Of a stretch of DNA of 64,000 nucleotides, positions 40,501-50,063 are shown piece by piece. The DNA is from Takakia lepidozioides (Eukaryota > Plantae > Bryophyta). Position 1 is the stretch's first letter. Each line of letters begins with the position of its first letter. The notes under the pieces were generated by a model. The model worked only from the letters and a program-made list of their open reading frames with translations. It ran no database searches and was not told the origin of the DNA. A program made the position numbers and the translations under genes. The stretch spans positions 54,436,001 to 54,500,000 of the forward strand of contig CM060731.1 in NCBI GenBank assembly GCA_030704615.1, in the 5' to 3' direction.

Positions 40501-41460
40501 GGCCTTGAAGTAGGCCAAGAAGAGTGCACTGGGAGGAGCTGGAGAGGCTCCACCCTTCGCCGGGACTTGGAGGAAGTCGGCCGAACTAGCTAGTGGAGAG
40601 TAGAGTCAAGTGTGGGGGTTTGGTTCTTTGCCATGGGACGCCATGGTACGGAAACAAACTCCTTGATGTGGGACGCCACAACATGGATGTTCGTTTCTAC
40701 AAAATGGACAAGTCGATGAGGACATCGACTCCCTGTTGGTAGGGGTGTGTGTCGCGGCCCTTTGCCTTGAGGGCAGGGAGGTCGGGACACAAGAGGGGCT
40801 GCCCCTGTGGTGGGGGCAGTAGCAGCGATAGGTACGAGGGCTGAAGCACCCTTGAGTGCCCAAGGCACTCAAGGAGGCGGAGGCGCTCACTAGGTGGAGC
40901 CCCGCACACCAGGTTGCGGTGGGGGTGGCTCCACAAGGGGTGGTGGTAGCTTAGCGGGACTTAGTGGGGTGGCATAGGACTCACCATGGGGTGGAGACCT
41001 CGAGGTGGGAGTCGTGGGGAGTCTTGGGACTCATCACGGTCCATTGGGGCCGCGGTGAGAGGGCCAAGACTCACCACGACTCACCACCGGGAATCGAGGG
41101 TCTTCGTGGTGGTTCGCCATAAAATGGCATGGCTGGTTGTGAAACCCCCGCGGACAGCTACAGAAGTATATATAGGGAGTAGTAACCCCGAGAACGGTGC
41201 AAGCCCGTTGGTGACCAAAAACTAGTGAGTAAGCGAGCGAGCCGGAAAGCGACCAAAGAGTGGGGAGCTGTTCCGGACTGCCATTCTCCTAGTCCCAATT
41301 AGGTGGAGGGTTTAGTGGGAAGCGAAGAGGGGACCGTTATGTCCCGGTGAGCAGCCGAAGCTCCAAGTTGGCCCGGGCGGCCAGGTTGGGAGTCAGGCGC
41401 GCGCATCAAAGCGAGTAACTATGACTTGAAGGGGAGCTTACCGAAGTGAGGTGCATGACA
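34501..41460 (+). mobile_element. Full-length Ty3/Gypsy chromovirus (Galadriel-like), copy 1
   Basis: TG..CA LTRs at 34501-35227 and 40750-41460; 5-bp TSD CAATG; PBS TGGTATCAGAGC (tRNA-iMet) at 35230-35241; purine-rich tract before the 3' LTR; gag-PR-RT-RH-IN-chromodomain order. Confidence 0.96.
35282..39888 (+). pseudogene. Gag-Pol polyprotein of chromovirus copy 1, with three lesions
   Basis: Zinc knuckle [14 protein letters not shown]; protease LVDTGAS; [11 protein letters not shown]; RNase [28 protein letters not shown]; integrase H..H..C..C, SMDF, TDGQMER, GPF; chromodomain YEVEAILKSR..EYLVKWKGY..ASW. Lesions: frameshifts near 38133 and 38913, TAG near 38239. Confidence 0.93.
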
Positions 41461-43183
41461 CAATGCCAACCAACACCAACCTTGGCACCCACCCCCTGCC
41501 GGATGGTCTCCACAATAGAGTGCACCATGGGGAGCCCCCCCTGCTTCGGGGTCATGGCGCTGGCTTCCTAATGTTGCCACGTCACAATGGGGGCCTCCCA
41601 CATCTCCATACGGCCCTCCCCCCTCCGGCACACATCAGTCACCCCCCACAACGTATGACAGCGCTTCTCCAGAGCATGGGGGCAGGAAACGGACATTAGA
41701 GCTGAGGAAGGAACGACGCCATGCCATGAAACAATGGGAAGGAGATGGAGAGGGAAGGGTGGCTGCAGGGCTAAAGCGCCACAAGGTGGAGGTGCATGGA
41801 AATGGAGTCATCAATGCTGGCTGCGAAGGTAAGGAACACTGGCAGCGTGATTTGTGTGGCCTGGCATTGCGTTACCTTGACTCAAGCGTACAAGACATTG
41901 ACCAGCAGTCCCAGAGTGCCATGTCAACAGTAATAGAGGGCATAAATGGAATGTACGAGTACACACCTATCCCTGCCAATCGTGATTTTATAGTGAAGCA
42001 ATGTGGGAAGATAATGAAAGGAGAAAGAGCAAAACTGAAAGATAAATGGGCAAAGACTGGTGTGAGGCCAATGAACACTGAACCCGCCTATTGGGATAAG
42101 CTTATTGCCTATTGGGAGTCCCCTCGTGGACTTGCAAAGGTTGAAGGGATGAAGCAAGCGCGTGCTTGTGTCACGAACCCCTCGCGTTGGGGCCGGGCAG
42201 GAGTTGCAGGCCAAACAGCCCGTTTGGTAATCTCCCTCACCCCCTTCTCATTGCTCTTACGTTGTGGCATGTTCTGATGGAAGAGACACCCATGAGTGGG
42301 TTTTATTGCTTGTGCAGAATTAGTTGTTATGTGATATGCAGGGCAGTGCTTTGTCCATATGCTCCTGGCATTTGTACTGACAGTGTGTGGATGGGCAAAT
42401 ACAGAAAAGACGCAAAGCGCGGAGCCCGTCACTGTCCGAGCTTGGGGCGGAGCAAAAGTACGCTGCGACTGGCACCCCATCAGAGTCTGTTTTGAGCCAG
42501 GTATGTTTTGAAGTCCGGTTTCCATTCATGAATCTGTTGTTGTACTAAGATTTGGTGGGTATGTGGGGCCCCCACGCATGGTACAGGAGGGGTGTTATGC
42601 CAAACCCAGCCATCTCCGAATGCCTGAAATCCTGCACATTCGGCCTCTTCTTCTGGTTTTTAACAGTATGGGTGGGTGTTTGTATGCGTAGGGAGCGGGG
42701 AACTCAATGGCAGCCCGCATCGGGGCCCTGGAGAGGCTTGCGGCTCTCTCTGCGGAGCAGGAGAGGGGAATGGAAGCACAACTGAAGAAGATAGTGGAAC
42801 TCATGATGGGGCAAAAAAGGGGTGTGACGGGTGGCATTATGGAAGACCCCCCTGCTGCGACCATTGTACCTGACAAAGAGGAAGTAATTGTAGTGGGTAG
42901 GGATGTGACAGAGGTCCGGGCTGTTGTTGATGATATTCACAGTGGGGGGCAGGGTCCACTCGTTGAAGAGGGAGAGGTCCAGCAAATTGGTGGGGATGAC
43001 ATGGACGATGGGGGGGTCATTGCTCATGATGGGGGAAAAGGGGAAGCTGTAGGGGGAGAGGGTGGTAGTTTGCCTGGTCCAGGCTGCAGGGGGACCAAAA
43101 CTTTGTCCTCCGGGGTGACTGTTGTCTCCCAACCCACTGAGGTGAGACCCCGTGACACCCCTTCAAAAGCTCCTTTCATAGAA

Positions 43184-43640
43184 AAGTCAAAACTAATTGT
43201 TCTAGACCTGAACGGGATCCTGTGCCACTCTATTCCTAACTTTCAGCCCAACCCGAGGCATCATTGGCCATGGGTGTTGACCACCAACAAGTATGTTTCC
43301 CAAGGCCCCAGGTCTGCGAGTTTTTAAACCTTCTCTTCCGGTATTTCTACGTTGGGATATGGTCCTGTGCTTCCAAGGGGAATGTTGCAGACATCTTCAA
43401 AGTGGTGATGCAGGGGGTCAAGGGTTCTCCCTTCTTTGTGTGGTCACAAGAGGAGTGTGACCCCTTGACAGAGCCACACCCCACAAAAGGGCCTGCCGTA
43501 CAGAACTTACAGAAGAGACTGTCGAGGGTGTGGTTGCAATTTTCTGGATTTAACGAATCCAACACCCTCCTAGTGGATGATTCACCACACAAGGGGAGGG
43601 GGAACTCCCCTTTGAACATGGTCCATCCATTGTCGTTTGA
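43184..43640 (+). other. FCP1/SCP-like (NIF family) HAD phosphatase domain inside the TnpA-like gene
   Basis: Motif I KLIVLDLNGILCH, then (F)PRPQVCEFL..F..VGIWSCA..FVWSQEEC..KRLSRVW..FNESNTLLVDDSPHK..N.VHP. A 1-bp frameshift lies near 43297. Confidence 0.85.
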
Positions 43641-45439
43641 TGTCACTGGCAATGTCAGTGAGGGGCCCGATTCAGACTACCTTTTAGAAACAGTCTGGCC
43701 CTATTGCCAAGATTTGTTTTGCTCCAAGGATGTGCGTGTCTTCACAAGCACACGGAAGCTGACCCTGACTGACAGCTTGAATGTGGGAGAGGATGGGGTT
43801 GTTGGGGGAAGTACTTCTCCACCCATGCAGGTGAAACTAACCTTATTGTTTGCAACATGACATCGAAGCCAAAAAATATGTTTGTTTTGTTCCCCCCGGG
43901 TGCCCTCTCACGCAAGGCTGGCACTATATGTTTTGTAGGGACCACATGTACAGGGAGTGGCAGTGGGGTCGAATGTGAAGAAGGTGGGTCCTGCGCCTAG
44001 GACCATAGTGCTACGGCGGCAGCATTCCGGATTCCCCCCCCGGCATGAGGAGGCAGCGCCCAAGGTATGGTTGTTCCCAGCCCCTCTCCGCAAACTTACT
44101 TGGTTGGTTTCCTTTATGGATACACTTCCTGAAGCGTTGCAATGTATATTCATTGCAGGTGAGCAAGAGGAGTGGGCTGTCCCCGGCACCATCATCGCAG
44201 CAGGACGTGGTTCCCCAGGCATGCATTCATGGCTCCTTGCTTTGCCTGGCTGGTTTTTAGTAGGGTTATTTTTGCCAGGAAGTTGTAGTGTGCAGGGTCT
44301 GAGCAGGGTGTTTGTTAGCTTGCTCCGTGGAGGTGTGTTTATACCATTGCAACCACCAGAGTTCATGTTATTCTTATCCGTCTGACTAAACCTCTTTTTG
44401 CTGCTGCAGTTGAAGACACGTGGGCAGCTTTCCTCAGTTGCCACCCTCAGCGACGAGCTTCGCTTCAAGGTACGTTGGTACACCGTGAATTTGCTGTTGA
44501 TTCAGTATTGTGGCAACCAAGATCGTTTCCATGCCCAGCTGCGCTTGACTTTCACCCTGTCATTGCTATGTTTGTTGCTGAGTGGACCCTGATGTTGGTG
44601 TCTGCAGATATCAGATCCTGTGTTTCTCCTAAACCCCCATGACAAGCGGTCAAAGACAGCCGCCACCAAGGTGGAAGTGGTGGGAATAGCCGGGGTTGAC
44701 AAGTTCCACTGCAAGGACATTCGATCCGGGTGGTACAAGGTGAAAGTCCACGAGATCATGCTTCCAAGTGTTACATTGCCTTGCCCAAATGTGGACGATG
44801 CCCCCCCCCCCCCCAGACCACACTAGCGCACGTGAAAGGCACGGTGACTCTGTGGCCAGAGAAGAGTATGAGGAAAGGTGAAAGTATCAAGTGACATTTC
44901 ATGTTTGTAGTCCCTGTTGGGTGTGTAATGATACTCATAGAAGTGTGTATGATACTCACGTTACCAGTTTTGAACATTTGGGCCATGACAGTTTAAGTGA
45001 TGTCCGGCAACCATGTATGCTGGCATTTAGTCTTGCTCATATGCAGGTGTGCCGTGACGGTCTCTTATTTGAATGTAATATCACATTTCCTGACTTGTCG
45101 TCGTGTCCGTCCACCTTCTATGTGTATGTGTGATGGTCTTTGGTCTCCTTGTTGCCTCGTCTATTTGGTTCATTAGCGTGATGTTGTGCATGCATCGTGG
45201 TCTGTGTTATGAGTCTCGCCCAGTATCATTGCTTCTCAATTCCCCCTGCATATGGGTGAACCACTAAAACCAGTAGAATACATCAGAACCATATTTTCAG
45301 CTTAGAATGCAGGTCAGTTGGAAACTCATACAAACCACTACAAGTGCTCATTTTTCGTGCTTTCCTACTGTAGTGCAACCAACTAGCACAGTGGCAGCGG
45401 AGTTGGCCAAAGCAGTCCCGAGATGGCACAAGCACTCTG

Positions 45440-45975
45440 CGGCTTTCCACTAGCAGTCGTACCCGTCACTGCCATTGCGTGGGGACGACGCCACGCGTCG
45501 ACCCACACACTCTCCACGTGGTCCCCGTGGATTCGTCTGCCGGAAGTTGTGCAGTCGACTTCGCCAGTGGCTGTTGCGACGTCACATGCAGCACTCCAAG
45601 TGATGTGGCCGACTGCGATGTGGCGTCTTGGGCCCGTGGCCACGCGGCAACATTGCCGCTCGTCGCGGCGCCGCCACATCGGCATCCACGTCCGCATCCA
45701 CGTCCGCGTCCATGTGTCACCGCGCCCCGGGTGAGTCAGTCCACTCATCCGGAGGGAAAAGTCAAAGTCAGCCCAAAAGGTCAGACACACGGGCGGCCCG
45801 CTTGGTTACGCCACGTGGTTCTTCAGCTTTAATCGCATTAATCGCTGAGCAGTTGTTCGCGCGTCTGCGTCCTTTACCACTCCAATCATTGGATGTCCAA
45901 CCCAACTACCACGTCTGTTGTAACTTCCAGTCGATCCCAGTTTTTTGACTTTTACGACTCAAAATGAGTCGTTAC
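45440..45975. repeat. CACTA right subterminal region with clustered CCACG(T) and CGACT motifs
   Basis: Many ccacgt/ccacgc and cgact/agtcg motifs in both orientations. CGACTC/GAGTCG also recurs at the left end (24500-24790), as expected for TnpA-binding repeats. Confidence 0.6.
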
Positions 45976-46007
45976 CCCAGTGGTAAATGACACGAATGCT
46001 TCTAGTG

Positions 46008-46651
46008 GTTGTGGCAGTTTGGAAATATAATTCATGTTGTTGCGTTGTCTTGCAGGCGAGGAGACGATCATGAAAAAGGGCGCTAGCAGAAGTAGGCGCT
46101 AGATATGTAGGAAAACTGAATAGGACGTCATTGTAGGCTTGGAGACGCGTACGATCTACATAGATCCATGCCAACGCTATGTTGGTAGAGCTTGAGTTGC
46201 TCCACAGCTCGATCTTGAACATGGGGCTACGTCGATCGAGACTCGTAGCTCCTACATATGCGTGGATTTCCATCATCAGGGGCCTTGTGTGTCTCCAACG
46301 ATGGGGTTTGTCGGTGTCGATTCGTATATCATGTGGTGACAGACAATTCGTGGGCTCCTTGGTGGAGGCACTATTCATGGGAAGATGCACTTGGTAACAT
46401 TCAGACCCTTGCATAACCTAGGAATTCCATGAGGCTTTGTTGTTTGGTTTCAAAGGGATCCTTGAGATGTTCTCCTCGTGCTTGCTCAGGGTGGGCTCAT
46501 GTCTAGTATGCCAGGGCTTAAGTCTCTCTTTGATCTGAATTGTGCGCATCTGATTGGTGGTCGCCGTGTGTATAATAACAAGGAGCAGGAGTAGATTTTG
46601 GGCCGCATTAGAGATCTGCCTCATGGCGATCGATGGGTGCTTGATGTGCAT
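46008..46651 (-). pseudogene. 5' half of the unknown ORF split by the CACTA insertion
   Basis: ORFs 46418-46651 and 46414-46008 are one frame separated by one TAG, and join in frame to 24413-23597 after excising the CACTA. Confidence 0.55.
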
Positions 46652-47423
46652 TGACGATGCAACTTCCTACAGAGTTGAGAGAAAAATCTTTGGTTTTCCT
46701 GCTTCTTCTTAGCAGGTTCAAAAGTTGTTTTATACTCAAGATGCGAGATCCCATCGCTAGTAGTCTTCACGGGCTTCTGGTGCGGTTTTTTCTGCATCGT
46801 ACTGAAGGTGTTGTTCCCTAGATCGGAGAAAAGAGCACTAGAAGCTCTGAAAACTAAAAAAATTCTATGAAGAAGCAAGAATGAAAAAAGAAAGAAAAAA
46901 CAGAATGCTAAGGATTGAAGCAGGCTATGGAAGTGCGTAAGGGTGCAAAGCATGGGCCAAATCGAGGGTGCAATGGAGGGAATCAGGGCTCGCGCTGCGG
47001 TAGCAAAGGTTCGCATTGCAAACACACTAGTTGGGGGCAGAACATGGGGGTCACTAAAGAGAGCATTAAAAAAGACAACACCCGCGGAGGGATCCAACAA
47101 CCCTCAACCCAAAGGTGACCTCTTTCAACAAATCGACATAGCAAAGCCAGTGCTGATCATCAACCGCCTCTCCATAGAACAGAAGGGGAATAACCCCTTG
47201 GCGCTGGAAGCGCTTGTACCGGGTATATTAATTTGTTCTTCAAATATGTAGCCTGTGTGGAGGCAAACAAATTACTATGAATTTGTTGTGTGTAGGTTTC
47301 GGTAGAGTTTGGTTGATTTGTGCTTCATGCTCTGCAATTGGTTTAAGGTGAATAACTCACCATTCTTGCAGAAAAATGCTACTGCACCCCGTTCCATGCT
47401 TATTTACAACGAGAACTAGTTTG

Positions 47424-47937
47424 AAGCCAAGTGCACATCATGTTCGTGTGACAATGGAGTTTATCCGTATATTCGAGAGGAATTTGAGTCACGTTGTATC
47501 TCCATCTCAGCTCCAATGAGACATTTTAAATGTAAAAGTCAGTGTGGGAAATCGAAGGAACCGGACCATTCATACAAGCCTTCTTCTCGAGTATTGGCAT
47601 CGGATTGGCTGTCGTTTGTGGTTGAGGTTGGCCTTTCGGAGTCACTATCAAAACTCCCACAAGATCTTGCATTTTGGTTAACTGAGAGTCAGGGGCAAAC
47701 CAGAGTGGCTGTGCTCCTTCACATCAACCGGTTGGCATGAACAATCTATATTGAGCGTCGGGAGGTTGGTCCCCGGGTGCGACTTGCTAGAATTGTGGCT
47801 AACTATGGTGCCACAATTGGTCCCCGGGTGCGACTTGCTAGAATTGTGGCTAACTATGGTGCCACAATTAGAGCTGTTGAGGAGATCATGTTGCATCAGC
47901 ATGTACGGTACAATGGTCCTGGCCTATTGATTCCGGC
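47424..47937 (+). pseudogene. Uma2-like nuclease gene, copy 2 (partial; TGA at 47738; 51-bp internal tandem duplication)
   Basis: Near-identical to the reverse complement of ~5080-5540 (KSKEPDHSYKPSSRVLASDW.SFVVEVGLSESLS.LPQDL.FWLTESQGQTRVAVLLHINRLA). The 51-bp unit is repeated at 47766 and 47817. Confidence 0.85.
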
Positions 47938-48179
47938 CCTTTGCAACTCTCAGTCATTAATTGTAGAGTTCAAGAACAAACTTCAGGAGATAACCACTTC
48001 TATGGACGGTGAAGATAAGTTGCTGCTTCTCATGCAACTGAGTCGCATGGAGAGAAGATAGGCCCTAGTTGGATATTGGTTGGAGTTGATATGAATGGCA
48101 AGCACGACATATTTTAAATCTTGATAAACCCTCTGCCACACTACTCTTGATCACATATTAGTTCAAGTCTCATCATGAG

Positions 48180-48945
48180 CAAATGTCGCAAGATTCGTTC
48201 AAAACAACACTTAAAAGACTGACATTCGAGGTCGTGGAATCATCATCTTGTGATGTTTCAACATCATAACCATTGGAATCCTTAAATAAACAATAGAAAC
48301 ATACAAGATTCATTCAATTACCTAGCAATGTTTTAAAAAGAAGAAGATTTGAACCCCTAACCAACAAAAACCTAAAGGCTATAAAATGATGCTTCGAAAT
48401 GTGGGAGATGATCAAACATGAATGTCACAAGATTCGATCAAACAACGAACAAAAGAAGATGGGACACAACAAGAGCTTCTCAAGGCAACTGGAAGTACAA
48501 TTGACATAGGGTTCCTCAGCATTTACGCCTCTGCTAGATCATATTGAATCCCTCATGCTGGAACGCTCTTTACAGACTTCAAGTTTAATGAGCGAAGGTC
48601 ACAAGATTCGGACATACAACATTTAAAAGACTGACATTCGAGGTCATGGAATCACCATTTTGTGATGTTTCAACATCATAACCATTGAAATCTTTCAAAA
48701 TTCAATAGAAACCTAAGAGATTTATTCAATTATCTAGCAATGTTTTTAAAGAAACCTACAAGATTTATTCAATTACGTAGCAATGTTTTAAAAAGAAGAA
48801 GATTTGAAACCATAACCAACAAAGACCTAAAGGCTATAAAATGATGCTTCGAAATATATACTCCCAAATACGTGAGAGGATGAAATATGACTGTCACGAA
48901 CAGCAAACAGAAGAAGATGCTAGGACACAGCACTAACTTCTCAAT
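48180..48945 (+). repeat. ~1.7 tandem units of a ~430-450-bp repeat, same family as 21885-22345
   Basis: aaaagactgacattcgaggtc..tgtgatgtttcaacatcataaccattg and aaaagaagaagatttgaa..cctaaaggctataaaatgatgcttcgaaat each occur twice. Confidence 0.85.
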
Positions 48946-50063
48946 CTGGATTATTTATTGTCCAACATCATCATACACCACCACTCACACCCAACCAAAA
49001 ACATGCATCAACCCAACCCGATCACCATGCATACAAAAGACCCGTGACAAATATCTACTGACGCATTTTCATACATGGACACCAACAAAATATACACTAA
49101 ACTGTATATTTCAATCTATTTCCAACCAACAGCAACAAAATACACACACAGTACATCTCCTCAAAATAGCATTGATATCTCCTCACATTTCGACTCCCAG
49201 ATCTCTGATAAATTTACACATGGGTCCAAGTCTCAAACCACTATACAACAACATTGCTACTATCTACCTGCAATCCACTGACAGTCACACAAAGTATCTA
49301 CAAACTAAATTTCAGAGTCATACTATGGACAAAACATCTGCCCTCTACAGCCATCTTTCTTTTAGATGCCATAATAACCCCAGCCATCATCAACCGCATG
49401 CTCCTGTAGCACACGAACTATCTCCAAGTATTATCTTACACTCTCTTTAGCACTACTACACATCCAGTCATCATCAATCGCAGAGTCTCAGCACACCAAG
49501 GCCTGATCCATCCCACCGAATACATACTGACGGATCACCTACCTGTGCCAATCATGTCTATGAGTCAACATCTCCAACAATATATCCTCCCACCAGCACA
49601 GCTAAACCAAATCAACAAAGGCAAAATTCAAAATCCCCTCTCACCACCAAGATCAATAATCACTTAGAATCAAAACGCACACAATCTCATAATTATATGA
49701 ATCACCCCTCAATTTATCTACTCAGTACACAATGGGGCAGAAACTACTCCCACCATTTTCTAGCAAAATCCTCAACCCCTAATCGTATAATCATTTCCAA
49801 ACAAGCCCCAAGACCATACCAGCCGCCTGACCACCACCCCCTCATAGCTGCAGTACTCGACACCTTCCAGCTCAAACCTGTTGCACTCTCAATACAACCA
49901 TGCAAACATAAAAGAGCCACCCAGTCATCTCTCCACACCCTTCCACACTTAGATCCCCGAGTCAGTCTCCTAGTTCAAAACCTTTAGCAACATCCCTTAG
50001 CGCTTCTAAGCAGTACTACACTTGTAAGCACTCCTCAAATCTACATCACCTCTTACTGATTGC

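Larger units (their letters stand above)
32422..44894 (+). pseudogene. CACTA TnpA-like multi-exon gene with an embedded FCP1/NIF HAD phosphatase domain, disrupted by LINE and LTR insertions
   Basis: Putative exons 32422-32721, ~34332-, 34451-34500 joined to 41466-42226, 42405-42500, 42692-43830, 43939-44064, 44159-44218, 44410-44469, 44608-44894. Ptta/En/Spm motif YWDKLIAYWESP..KVEGMKQARACVTNPSRWGRAG; Tnp1-like C-terminus FHCKDIRSGWYKVKVHEI..LPCPN..TLAHVKGTVTLWP. Lesions: TAG at 41516, frameshifts near 43297 and in poly-C at 44801. Confidence 0.75.
24417..46007. mobile_element. Complete CACTA (En/Spm) DNA transposon, 21.6 kb including nested insertions
   Basis: Perfect 19-bp TIRs CACTAGAAGCATTCGTGTC (24417-24435) and GACACGAATGCTTCTAGTG (45989-46007); 3-bp TSD GTT at 24414-24416 and 46008-46010; internal TnpD-type and TnpA-type genes. 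Confidence 0.95.

Noticed and set aside
45383-45948. Overlapping ORFs on both strands
   Set aside because: They arise from GC-rich CACTA subterminal repeats.
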